The position numbers were made by a program, and so were the translations under genes. Below are positions 54,691 to 63,977 of a stretch of 64,000 nucleotides of DNA, piece after piece. The first letter of the stretch is position 1. Each line of letters opens with the position of its first letter. The notes under the pieces are model-generated. The model had not been told where the DNA came from, ran no database searches, and worked only from the letters and a program-made list of their open reading frames with translations. Source of the DNA: a virus (taxonomy: Duplodnaviria > Caudoviricetes); IMG/VR virus record IMGVR_UViG_3300010355_000898, positions 64,001 to 128,000 of that record; one strand, written 5' to 3'.

Positions 54691-54719
54691 GTGAAAAGTT
54701 TGACCCAATTTGGTATAAT
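54691..54719 (+). promoter_or_regulatory. Consensus example of the phage promoter
   Basis: GTGAAA-N17-TATAAT with TGG extension; ATG 6 nt later at 54726. Confidence 0.8.
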
Positions 54720-54725
54720 CAGAAT

Positions 54726-55226
54726 ATGAAGAGGTCATACAGCAAAGTCACGTGGGTTGATGGAGCTGTGAAGGCGGTCCAAAAGATAACCGGTTTCAAG
54801 AGAGCCCACAAATGCACCAAGATTAATCATGAGCACAGTGAGGTTGTGAACCTCAAATCTCCAAATCCAAATTTCAGGAGGACAATCTCGCCTTCAGAAT
54901 TGAGGTTTGAGGATGAACAGATTGCAACTGGACAGATGTATACGCTTGCTTGTGATCTGACAGAGTGCAAAGAGTTCCCAGGAGTGTTCACAGCATGCCC
55001 AAAGGGAACACAACCCACTGCCAACAAGGGTGAAATTGTCCTGTGTGCAGGGTATAGTCAGGTTGCAAGGTTGGGAAATCTGAAGAGAATCAAGCACAGA
55101 AAGATTTCACAACGAGAACTGCATGAAATTGTTCCGGTTTTCATCATTGGTGGAAAGACTGGACATGTTGACTCATACTCTCTGTTCAAAGAGTTCAGAG
55201 AATTGCAAAAGGTGATTAGGCTGTGA
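54726..55226 (+). CDS. Hypothetical protein (leaderless)
   Basis: Start fixed by the promoter. Confidence 0.6.
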   Translation: MKRSYSKVTWVDGAVKAVQKITGFKRAHKCTKINHEHSEVVNLKSPNPNFRRTISPSELRFEDEQIATGQMYTLACDLTECKEFPGVFTACPKGTQPTANKGEIVLCAGYSQVARLGNLKRIKHRKISQRELHEIVPVFIIGGKTGHVDSYSLFKEFRELQKVIRL

Positions 55227-55801
55227 CAACAGAACATTGGAATAGGAAGAGGATTGCAGCAATTGCACACAGCATTGCAGCCAGAAGGTATGCTGTGGTT
55301 GATGACGCATCAATTGCAATCATTCAAGCATTCATGACAGAGTTGGGTGTTGTGCCATTCCAATTCACCAATGGCATTCTTGATACCAAAAAGACTTGTG
55401 ATCTGATCAGGTCGCAAACTTGCAATCCCGTTGATGGACACGCGGTGAAGCGTAGGTGGAGAAAATTGAAGCGGCGTGCAGAGAAGAACAGGATTGAAGC
55501 TGAGGCTATGTTCAACACGGCAAAGTCTGAACGCACAATGAGACAATCACTGTGTGATGGATCAATTTGTAAAATCTTTGCAGATGAGAAGGGCAGAGTT
55601 GTTGAACGGAGTGAAAGGCGCAAGATATTGTTTGCAAATGCAAAACAGCAATTGCCTGGGATGTTGCGGCAGCCCAATAAGAACTGGTTTCCCATCAGCA
55701 TGAATATCAGTGCTGCTCAACGGAATTTGCATGATCAGTCAGTCAGTGATCAGCAGAACGTTCTTGCAATGTTGAAGATGATCATTCAGGGTTTGACATA
55801 A
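55223..55801 (+). CDS. Basic hypothetical protein
   Basis: 192 aa ORF with GTGA overlap. Confidence 0.55.
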   Translation: MTTEHWNRKRIAAIAHSIAARRYAVVDDASIAIIQAFMTELGVVPFQFTNGILDTKKTCDLIRSQTCNPVDGHAVKRRWRKLKRRAEKNRIEAEAMFNTAKSERTMRQSLCDGSICKIFADEKGRVVERSERRKILFANAKQQLPGMLRQPNKNWFPISMNISAAQRNLHDQSVSDQQNVLAMLKMIIQGLT

Positions 55802-55802
55802 T

Positions 55803-56357
55803 CTATGCGCCAACTGCCCATTTGAAATAGCTCCTCAAACTTTGAGCTCTCAACTGATTGAAACGGTCACGTGAAAACGTGACCTTCAATTTTTGCGCCA
55901 ACCTGTATCCCCTCCACCAGGCTTCACACTCTTCATCAACAACATCAACTCTGCATTCAAGTTTTCTCTGATCACAATTGCTGTAACCTAAGCCAAACCT
56001 TTCTGATCTGGTCCTGTCACCAATGAGATGATGACCGCATTCATGCATCAGGAAGAACAGTTGAGTCTCTGGCATTGCTCTGCTTGAGATTGTGATCTGC
56101 TTCCTGATTGGATCATACATCCCATCACTTGATTTGCTGAATTGAACTTCAATTCCCTTCTTTGCAACCCATTCAACCAATTTGTTGATGCCATGGATTG
56201 CTGCAACTTCCCTTGAATACTGAACAATCTTTTCATCCTGATGTTCATCTGTGTGCATCACAGCATACTTTTTCTGTGTCCTGATCTGGACCAACTTTTT
56301 TCCAAATATCCTGTTGTGTGCTCGTGTGATCCACAGATCTCTGTTGAATGTTGACAT
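55803..56357 (-). CDS. ImmA/IrrE-like HExxH metallopeptidase
   Basis: GMYD....I.I, HECGHH, EECEAW..G; start from promoter GTGAAC-N17-CATAGT at 56368-56396. Confidence 0.7.
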   Translation of the reverse strand: MSTFNRDLWITRAHNRIFGKKLVQIRTQKKYAVMHTDEHQDEKIVQYSREVAAIHGINKLVEWVAKKGIEVQFSKSSDGMYDPIRKQITISSRAMPETQLFFLMHECGHHLIGDRTRSERFGLGYSNCDQRKLECRVDVVDEECEAWWRGYRLAQKLKVTFSRDRFNQLRAQSLRSYFKWAVGA

Positions 56358-56415
56358 CTCACAGCTAACTATGATGCACACACAGTTTGCGTTCACACAA
56401 TTGACAATGTGTTTG

Positions 56416-56443
56416 CGCTCGCGAGCGTGCACGCGAAACGCCC
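56416..56443. promoter_or_regulatory. CpG-rich dyad element, copy 2
   Basis: cgctcgcgagcgtgcacgcgaaacgccc. Confidence 0.75.
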
Positions 56444-56476
56444 ATGTCAGCGTTTCAGCCAACATGGGCACTCGGT

Positions 56477-57142
56477 TCACTTCCTCTTCAGGGCTCTCTT
56501 CTTTGAGGCTCTCTTTTCAGCCTTCACCTTTGCCTTTGCTCTGCGTTCAAGCTTTTCCTGTTTGATGACCTCTTTGGGTCTGTTCTTGGAGCCTGGAGGT
56601 CGACCCTTTCGTTTGGTTGTTGTCCCATTGGTCCCGTCAGTGCGGGTAACCACTTGAACCGGCTTTCTGTCACCCTTGAGTCGCTTCTGAGCGTCCTTTG
56701 TGAATGGGTTGACAATACCTTTAGGCACAATCCTAAAATTTTGGAGAGGGCTCCTGAAGTTCACAGCACTGTGTTGACTGAAGACTGCATCTGTACAGTG
56801 CACAGTGCCTGTTGACTGATCAATTGTGTCGACATAGAGCATTCTGGTGTCAAGCCATGGATTTCCATCAAGGATTTGTGAAAACCTCTCAACAACAATC
56901 CTATCGCCCGGTTTGAACAGAGGATTTCCTTCCTGATCAATTGCATTGGGCAGGTGATCAATTTGAGGTCGTCTCTCATTCCTGGTGTTTGCAGATGTTG
57001 AGAGACGATTGATCTCTTCTGCATCACCAACATCACTGATCAGATCATCCTGATCACATGATGGTGCAGGCAATTGCACAAATTCCTGATCAGTGATGAG
57101 TGTTCCCTCTGCATCCTCTGCAATTGAGGATCTCTTTGCCAT
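56477..57142 (-). CDS. Hypothetical protein with SH3-like core and AT-hook-like basic tail
   Basis: FKPGDRIVV; KRKGRPPGSKNRPK and Lys/Ala/Arg tail. Confidence 0.65.
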   Translation of the reverse strand: MAKRSSIAEDAEGTLITDQEFVQLPAPSCDQDDLISDVGDAEEINRLSTSANTRNERRPQIDHLPNAIDQEGNPLFKPGDRIVVERFSQILDGNPWLDTRMLYVDTIDQSTGTVHCTDAVFSQHSAVNFRSPLQNFRIVPKGIVNPFTKDAQKRLKGDRKPVQVVTRTDGTNGTTTKRKGRPPGSKNRPKEVIKQEKLERRAKAKVKAEKRASKKRALKRK

Positions 57143-57177
57143 CTGTTCTATCCTTTCACATTCAGTTCTGTATTCAT

Positions 57178-57205
57178 ATGTGAATGGGATGCATCCCATT
57201 CACAT
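57178..57205. terminator. Perfect 28-bp palindrome
   Basis: atgtgaatgggatgcatcccattcacat, intergenic. Confidence 0.65.
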
Positions 57206-57223
57206 TCAAGTCAACCTCTGCTG

Positions 57224-57439
57224 TCAGCCGTGAGCAGTCTTGCACTTGGGACAGAGCCAACTGCGCTGAGAAGCTTCACGTGCTCCGGGAATGGTGATCC
57301 ATCCCTTCCTTCGGGAGGCCTCTGCAGCATCACCAGCATCAGGTCGTTCAGGTCCATTCACTCCGCACTGCGAACACACAGTGGCGCTGTTTCCATTCTT
57401 CAGGTTCACAATTGCGGATCGACGATTTGCAGACATCAT
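57224..57439 (-). CDS. Small Zn-ribbon protein
   Basis: CSQC...GW...WLCPKC. Confidence 0.65.
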   Translation of the reverse strand: MMSANRRSAIVNLKNGNSATVCSQCGVNGPERPDAGDAAEASRRKGWITIPGAREASQRSWLCPKCKTAHG

Positions 57440-57512
57440 GTTCTCTCTTTTTGAGGTTTGTGTTTTTGTTTGGTTGAAGTTAAGTGTTAAGGAAGCAAAC
57501 TGAACGTTATGC

Positions 57513-57848
57513 TCACTCTTCGTCAGGAAGGGAGACAAGATCTGCATACTCAGGGAGCAGATCAGATGGAAGGCGCTGCATCCCAAGCTCAGGAACCATG
57601 AACAGGCAGTTGTTCCTGTGTCCATTGGGATCCGGATCATGGGACATGAGCTGAATTCGCGTTCCCTGCTCAATCTTGCGCCAATTCTCAGCACTTCCTT
57701 CAGGCTGCTCGACGTCAATCGTCAAGGTCGTCTCATAGATTGCACCCGGAATGAGAGGATGCGTCTTGGACGTATCAACCGGGGTCTTCACCGTGGAGGC
57801 AGGAGTGTTCTCAACTGGAGTTTCGGTCTTCTTGTTCTTCTTTGCCAT
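57513..57848 (-). CDS. Hypothetical protein (leaderless)
   Basis: ATGAAA-N17-TATAAC-N6-ATG. Confidence 0.65.
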   Translation of the reverse strand: MAKKNKKTETPVENTPASTVKTPVDTSKTHPLIPGAIYETTLTIDVEQPEGSAENWRKIEQGTRIQLMSHDPDPNGHRNNCLFMVPELGMQRLPSDLLPEYADLVSLPDEE

Positions 57849-58018
57849 ATTGCTGTTATATCCTATTGTTTTGTCTTTTTCATCAGTTCAGTGTGCTCTT
57901 TTTGGGAGCAATGCTTGGCCACTGAATGTGTTCAGGAACGCTATGTGGGGGCATTGCGGCCTCCTGTTCCTCAGTCTCAATCAACTGTAACTCAGGTTCA
58001 TTGAGCTGTTCACCATCA

Positions 58019-58234
58019 CTAAATTCTTCGGTATCCATCGGTCTTTGCCAATTCCCAAAGTCTGTAGGCGGCGTTGGTTGACATTTCCACAGTATCAACA
58101 ATTCGTGCAATTTGCACTGTTCCATGCAAATATTGCACCCTGACCTGTTGTCCCTGAACAACGGTGAACTTGATGATATCATACACATCATGCTCATCAG
58201 TCATCTTTCCAAGGACGTATATTCCAGACCTCAT
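58019..58234 (-). CDS. Hypothetical protein (leaderless)
   Basis: GTGAAA-N17-TACAGT-N6-ATG. Confidence 0.6.
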   Translation of the reverse strand: MRSGIYVLGKMTDEHDVYDIIKFTVVQGQQVRVQYLHGTVQIARIVDTVEMSTNAAYRLWELAKTDGYRRI

Positions 58235-58240
58235 ATGTCC

Positions 58241-58318
58241 ACTGTATCATGCCCAAGCACGCTTTTCACCAAATTGTTGTGCATGAACAGTGAAATTGTG
58301 AAATCATCATGATAAAAT
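58241..58318. promoter_or_regulatory. Back-to-back divergent phage promoters
   Basis: 58241-58269 (-) and 58290-58318 (+); both GTGAAA-N17-TGA-extended -10 with ATG 6 nt later. Confidence 0.8.
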
Positions 58319-58324
58319 TGCAAC

Positions 58325-58576
58325 ATGTCCAACGAAAATGGTGACAAGAATGTTCCGGAAAATGGTGAAAAGCACTTCTCACTTGAGGAGGAGGCTGCAA
58401 AGGAAGGTGCTGTTCCTTGGCAAATTCTGTGCACAGACGGTGAATTCAGGACCGTGTGGGCGATCAATGATCTGATTGCCTGTGCAATCACCCAACAGGA
58501 ATTTGACACTGATCCCCTCATTATCCAATTGCAACCAGGTTACAAAATTCCTGTGAAAAAGTTCAGGGGTGGGTGA
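58325..58576 (+). CDS. Hypothetical protein (leaderless)
   Basis: GTGAAA-N17-TAAAAT-N6-ATG. Confidence 0.65.
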   Translation: MSNENGDKNVPENGEKHFSLEEEAAKEGAVPWQILCTDGEFRTVWAINDLIACAITQQEFDTDPLIIQLQPGYKIPVKKFRGG

Positions 58577-58682
58577 AATCATTCATGATTTATGTTAAGA
58601 TCTGATCATGATGGTGCCAATGCAGCACCAATTTGTGCAGAACAGTGGTGAAAAATGGTTCTGCTGATGGTAGAGTTCTTGT

Positions 58683-60119
58683 ATGGCAAAGAAGAATAGC
58701 GAACAGGTTCCCGTGGAAGATGCACTCCAGAAGGTTCTGGATGATCCCAATGCACCCCAAATGGATGAGAATGAGTTTGAACGTCATCTCATTGCACTCT
58801 CTCAGCAGAGCACGTTCTTTGCATACATCAGCTCTTGTGTCACCAAGGTGAAGACATTGACGCTGCCCACTGCTGCAGTGAGTTACAACCCTGCAAATGA
58901 TCAGCTCCAATTGCTCTGGAATCCAAAGTTCTTTGCAACGCTCTCTGATTGGGAAGTTCAGGGAGTTCTCACTCATGAGTTCTATCATATTGTGTTTGGA
59001 CACATCACTTCAAGGATCAGGACCCCTCCTCAATTGTGGAACATTGCAACTGATTTTGCAATCAATGCAATCATCACAGCCACCGCTGTGAAGCGTCCCA
59101 ACATGACGGGAGAACGTCCGCTTCCCGACTTCGCCCTCGTTCCTGGACGATCCAGTCCAGGAATGGATCCCAACATGGCTGCAAAGGTCAAGGGTTGGCC
59201 TGATCCTGTGAATGATAAGGCAAATTGTCTTCAGCACCCATCTGAGTGGTATTTCAATGAACTGATTGAGTTTGCTCCTCAATGCGATTGTGGCGAAGGA
59301 GAGGGTGATGGTGAAGGCAGTGAAGGAAAGCCTGGCGATAAGAATGGTGTCGGAGGTGCAAAGACCCTTGATGATCATGGTGAATGGTCAAAGAACAGTG
59401 GTGGTAAGGGCAAGAATGGTGAGCTCACCGAAGAGCAGCGTGAATATGCTGAAGGAAAGGTGAAGGCCATTGTTGAGAAGGCTGCCAACGCTGCAAATCA
59501 GAGTTCAACTGGTTGGGGGAATGTTCCTGCTGATGTTCGTGCGGCAATTGATGCCTACCTCAAGGGCAATGTTGATTGGCGCAAGGTTCTGAGGCAGTTC
59601 ATTGGCAACCTGATCAGGGGAAACAAGACCAACACGATCAAGCGCATCAACAAGCGCTATCCATATGTTCATCCCGGCACCAAGAAGGGTTACAGTGCCA
59701 AACTGCTCATTGCAATGGATCAGTCAGGTTCTGTTGGGAATGAGATGCTTGCTGAGTTCTTTGCTGAACTTGGTCTCCTCACCAAGAGGGTTGGTGTTGA
59801 ACTGATTCCCTTTGATTGTGACATCAACATCAGGGATCTGAAGGTTTGGAAGAAGGGACAGAAGATTGAGGCTGTCCGTGAGCGAATGGGTGGCACTGAC
59901 TTCAATGCACCAACCAATCTCTTCAATGATCCCAAGAATCGTGGTCGTTGGGATGGTCTTCTCATCATGACTGATGGTGAGGCACCTGCTCCTGGTGGTT
60001 GCAGAGGCAAGCGAGGATGGGTCCTTGGAAAGGGTTGCAACACTCACTTTGAAACCAGTGAACTGAAGATCTTTGTTGAACCTGGTAGGGGTATTGAGAG
60101 TGGTGGTGTGGCATGGTGA
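58683..60119 (+). CDS. DUF2201-type metallopeptidase plus VWA domain protein (MoxR partner)
   Basis: PTAAV, HEFYH, WNIATDFAIN, TLDDH, DQSGS MIDAS, GGTDF, TDG. Confidence 0.88.
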   Translation: MAKKNSEQVPVEDALQKVLDDPNAPQMDENEFERHLIALSQQSTFFAYISSCVTKVKTLTLPTAAVSYNPANDQLQLLWNPKFFATLSDWEVQGVLTHEFYHIVFGHITSRIRTPPQLWNIATDFAINAIITATAVKRPNMTGERPLPDFALVPGRSSPGMDPNMAAKVKGWPDPVNDKANCLQHPSEWYFNELIEFAPQCDCGEGEGDGEGSEGKPGDKNGVGGAKTLDDHGEWSKNSGGKGKNGELTEEQREYAEGKVKAIVEKAANAANQSSTGWGNVPADVRAAIDAYLKGNVDWRKVLRQFIGNLIRGNKTNTIKRINKRYPYVHPGTKKGYSAKLLIAMDQSGSVGNEMLAEFFAELGLLTKRVGVELIPFDCDINIRDLKVWKKGQKIEAVRERMGGTDFNAPTNLFNDPKNRGRWDGLLIMTDGEAPAPGGCRGKRGWVLGKGCNTHFETSELKIFVEPGRGIESGGVAW

Positions 60120-61072
60120 GGAACTGAACAGTGCCTGATGATATCAATAGTGTTGTTGATACAATGGTATTCAGCTATTTTGTTGATAAGGCACTGTTCA
60201 GAACACCATTTGTGAGATTTCACAAATCACGAACAATGCTCCACATGTGTGGGTGTGTCACCATCAACAGTCAATCAATAACTGAAGCAATATCATTGTG
60301 TAAACAACATAGGACTAATCTATACAATTATGCTTCTCGCAGATTTGATGTTTTTTTTGATCTGCAATTGAAGGATGACTATTTCAAGTACATGATTGGT
60401 ATTGAGAATGGAAAACTTGATAGCAATATGACTTGGCGGATGTACAATCGCCTAGGCAAGGTGTCATTGTTCCAGAGGTTGATCAGAAAGTTGATTGGAT
60501 TGTTCACATGATGAGTCGCAACAAGTCAGGATTTGGATACATCCGGATCAGGAATTGTGGATGTGCAATACCATATCCAACAAATGAATCTGCACACCAT
60601 GATGATCGGTTTGATCCGGATGTTAGAGCGTACATTGGCGAAGATGAGTGCATCCTGCGTCAAATGCCACAATCAAAAAACTTTGTAAGAGCACTGAACA
60701 TTGTCAAAAATCTTGGGGTGAGGATTGCAATCCAGAGAAGGGTTCAGAAGTTCAACGCTGTGCACAAACAGTGTCCACGATGTGCACGAAATCATGGTGC
60801 AATCAACAGGTTGTTGGAAGACAGAGAACGTCCAATTGATCGCCATCCATTCACAGATCATGATCTGAGTGTATTCCTTGAGCACTCCAAGCAGTGGAGA
60901 TATGATCTGTCTGGCTTGTGGTACAAACGGGACATTGCAATGATCATTGCAATATTCATTGCAAATGCCATACTGATCATGACGATGCTGAATGTGATCA
61001 TTGTGACAACACTGTATGCACTGAGATCAGCGTTTGGGTGAACAGTGACCAGATTTGTGGTAAAGTTGCAGA

Positions 61073-61249
61073 GTGAACAGTGATCTTGTGGAATTTGCAA
61101 TTGAACGTGCCAGGACAATGATCGCCTATGATATTCACATGAGTGAAATTGTCAACAGTGTGATCAGAGAATTGGATTGCACCATTGAAGAAGCACAGTT
61201 GATCATTGTGAGTGCAAAGATTTTGGAACAGCACAGGAGTGAACAGTGA
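61073..61249 (+). CDS. 58 aa leaderless protein translationally coupled to the DNA ligase
   Basis: GTGAAC(61038)-N17-TAAAGT-N6-GTG; stop overlaps ligase start (GTGA). Confidence 0.65.
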   Translation: MNSDLVEFAIERARTMIAYDIHMSEIVNSVIRELDCTIEEAQLIIVSAKILEQHRSEQ

Positions 61250-62583
61250 ACGTAATCAGTATTCTTGAAGAGCTTGAGAACACATCCGGTCGACTTGACA
61301 AGGAAGCAATCCTTGAAAAGAACCGCAGGAATGAGCTGTTGCAGGCATGTCTCTATGCAGGTCTTGATCAGACTGTACCTCACAACGTGAGCAAAGTGAA
61401 AGTTGCACCGGCACATGTGAGTCATTGGAAGAATTGTGATGAGGCACTCACTGATTTCATTGGGAGAGTTCTTCCGCAAATTTCTTCAAAAGCTGTCACA
61501 GGCAATGCTGCAAAGGATCTTGTCAAGAGCGCTCTCAGTGAGATGGACAGTGCAGAGCAGAAGTGGGCACAACGTATTCTGCTGAAGCGTTTGCGAATTG
61601 GCGTGCAAGAGAGCACTGTCAACCGTGTGTGGCCAAATCTCATCAGGACATTTGAGGTTCAGTTGGCACACAGTCTGAAGACTGAATACCGTGATGGGGT
61701 GGGTGTCGTCATCCTGGAAGATGTCAAATTCCCTGTGAGGTTGGAACCCAAACTTGATGGCTTGCGGCTCATTGTGATGAAACGTGAGGGCACAGTGACC
61801 ATGTTCACAAGGAATGGAACAGAGCTGAATACTTTGCCCAAGCTTGCAGAGATTATTGAGTGCAGTGATGGTGATGACTATGTCCTTGATGGTGAAATCA
61901 TGGGTGCTGATTGGAATGAGAGCGCCAGTGTTGCAATGAGCAGAGTGAATCTGAAGGATGAGAGCACACTCAGGTACAATGTGTTTGACATGGTTCCCAT
62001 CAGTGAATGGGATGCTCAAGAGAGCACTGAACCTTACAGCGTGAGGATTGAGAATGTTACCAATCAGCTTGCCCTGATCTCTCATGAGAGAGTTGTGCAG
62101 GTTGAGGGCACTGTTGTCAGAACAATCAAGGAATTGTGGAATGAATTCAAGCGTTGCACCGGGCTCGGATATGAAGGTGTGATGCTCAAGGATGTCGGTG
62201 AAACCTATCAATTCAAACGCACCAAGGCATTGAGGAAATTGAAGCCCATCATGACCTTTGAGGGCGTCATCGTTGAGATCAAGGGCGGGAGAATTGGCAG
62301 CAAACGTGAAGGTGGATTTGGCGGATTCAAGGTTCTGTTCCCAACCGGTGAGACAACTGATGTTGGGAGTGGATTCACTGACAGGATGCTTGCAGAAATC
62401 CAGATTGATCCTGAAAAGTGGATTGGCAGAGTCATTGAGGTTGAGGGTCAACCTGATCCCACAACTGCTGATGGGTATTCAAAGGATGGTAAGGTAAGGT
62501 TTCCTGTGTACATCAGGGAGCGAAGTTGGGATGACGTTGACAGGAAACTTGAGACAGTTCTCAAGGAGTGGAATGAACGCTGA
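61246..62583 (+). CDS. ATP-dependent DNA ligase
   Basis: EPKLDGLR, DGEI, YNVFD, GYEGVMLK, KLKP, VGSGFTD, RFP. Confidence 0.93.
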   Translation: MNVISILEELENTSGRLDKEAILEKNRRNELLQACLYAGLDQTVPHNVSKVKVAPAHVSHWKNCDEALTDFIGRVLPQISSKAVTGNAAKDLVKSALSEMDSAEQKWAQRILLKRLRIGVQESTVNRVWPNLIRTFEVQLAHSLKTEYRDGVGVVILEDVKFPVRLEPKLDGLRLIVMKREGTVTMFTRNGTELNTLPKLAEIIECSDGDDYVLDGEIMGADWNESASVAMSRVNLKDESTLRYNVFDMVPISEWDAQESTEPYSVRIENVTNQLALISHERVVQVEGTVVRTIKELWNEFKRCTGLGYEGVMLKDVGETYQFKRTKALRKLKPIMTFEGVIVEIKGGRIGSKREGGFGGFKVLFPTGETTDVGSGFTDRMLAEIQIDPEKWIGRVIEVEGQPDPTTADGYSKDGKVRFPVYIRERSWDDVDRKLETVLKEWNER

Positions 62584-63070
62584 TGTTGCGAGTTCACCGG
62601 TATGGTTGTGTCACTCATCCTGAGGATAATCTTCCATCAGTTGTTTATTACGCATACAAATACAATTCATACTATTACGTCAATACAAGAGTGCAGTGTT
62701 ATGAACACTACATTGCAAAAGAAGGTGAACAATTGTATTCATTTGAGAGATTGAAATATGGTGTTGCGTACCTCAAATGGTGCAAGACAAGAAAGATTGG
62801 ACCGAACATTATGAAGATGACAGAAGAGTTGATGAAGTCATGGGATTGGCCAACCATGGGTTGGATTCTGGTTATATTGACGTTGGTTGTGACTTGTGGA
62901 ATATTGGGTACAAGTTGTCAACGACAATCACTGCAATTTGATATGAAGTGTGCAGATCATTGCAGCGAGTTGGGAACAATGAAGTTCAATTCTCAAATGG
63001 GAAGTGGCACATGTGAATGCATTGATGAGACAATCATCAAGAATGTCAAAAAGGTTGGGAATTGAACGCT

Positions 63071-63090
63071 CTCGCGAGCGCATGCGCGAA
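63071..63090. promoter_or_regulatory. CpG-rich dyad element, copy 3
   Basis: ctcgcgagcgcatgcgcgaa. Confidence 0.65.
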
Positions 63091-63098
63091 CACAGCCG

Positions 63099-63156
63099 CC
63101 CGGGTCACAGTTCACTGCAGGATTGATTGCAGATTGTGACCCGGGGTTTTCTGTTT
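63099..63156 (+). terminator. Long imperfect hairpin with T tract between convergent genes
   Basis: cccgggtcaca...tgtgacccggg with inner ctgca/tgcag stem, then gttttctgttt. Confidence 0.7.
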
Positions 63157-63203
63157 AGGGATGCAGAAATGTTTTTCTGCAGTGAACCGGATTGGTTCAG
63201 GCT

Positions 63204-63977
63204 CTATTTGCTCTCAATCCTGCAGCTGATCCCAATTGGGTCAACTGTGTTCATGTTGACATGTGTGGTGTTCACCGTGACAACAAAATGGTGATACCGG
63301 TCGGGTTGCACCATAAACTTGTATTCACTTTCAGGATTGACGAAAGGGCAATTCTTGAGAAGGTTCCTGATGGAATCATTACCACTAATGGGCAACAGCT
63401 TGTCAAGTTTGCAAACCCTGCCTGAGCCTTGTCGTCTGATGTTCATATATCTATCCTTTGCATATGAGTGCTGATCATTCAACAATTTCTTGAAAGCACC
63501 GGTGAACCGTTCAAGGTATGCTGGCTTCAACTGCTCATCTGAGCCCAAAACAGTGGTGATGACAACCGGTTCATCCGCATACTTTTCACCCTCCTGAAGT
63601 GAGGAACCTGTGACAACGTTGTATGTGATGTTTGCAACCTTGATGAACAGATCAAACAATTCACCCTGCTTGATGAATTCACTGAACAGTGCAGCATTCT
63701 TGACCAAGTTGACGCTGATCAATGGTTCACTGACCTGCACGTTGGCAATGACAGATCCATTTTCAGTCAACTGATCACAAACAATGAATCTGAGTGCCAT
63801 TTTGCACTGGGGCTTGTTCCAGTACTGTTGGACATTTGTAGTGATGGTTGTGCACAATTGGGTGTCATCATGGTTGTAATCAACCTTGAGATCATAACCT
63901 TCAGGGATCATTCCGCCAGTGAGGGCCCTGATCTGTTGGATGTATGTCTCAAGAAGAGGAACCAATTCCGCAGTCAT
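63204..63977 (-). CDS. Hypothetical protein
   Basis: 257 aa ORF with the codon usage of neighbouring GC-richer genes. Confidence 0.65.
   Translation of the reverse strand: MTAELVPLLETYIQQIRALTGGMIPEGYDLKVDYNHDDTQLCTTITTNVQQYWNKPQCKMALRFIVCDQLTENGSVIANVQVSEPLISVNLVKNAALFSEFIKQGELFDLFIKVANITYNVVTGSSLQEGEKYADEPVVITTVLGSDEQLKPAYLERFTGAFKKLLNDQHSYAKDRYMNIRRQGSGRVCKLDKLLPISGNDSIRNLLKNCPFVNPESEYKFMVQPDRYHHFVVTVNTTHVNMNTVDPIGISCRIESK

Noticed and set aside
56358-56480. N-terminal extension of the ORF-track call 55803-56480 (likewise 33728, 57199 and 19374 starts)
   Set aside because: The extensions run through promoter, palindrome or dyad elements, or precede the conserved domain; downstream ATGs fit better
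18283-62583. Introns or inteins in mnmA, rtcB, groEL or DNA ligase
   Set aside because: ORFs are continuous and of normal length, with no intein or homing endonuclease motifs seen
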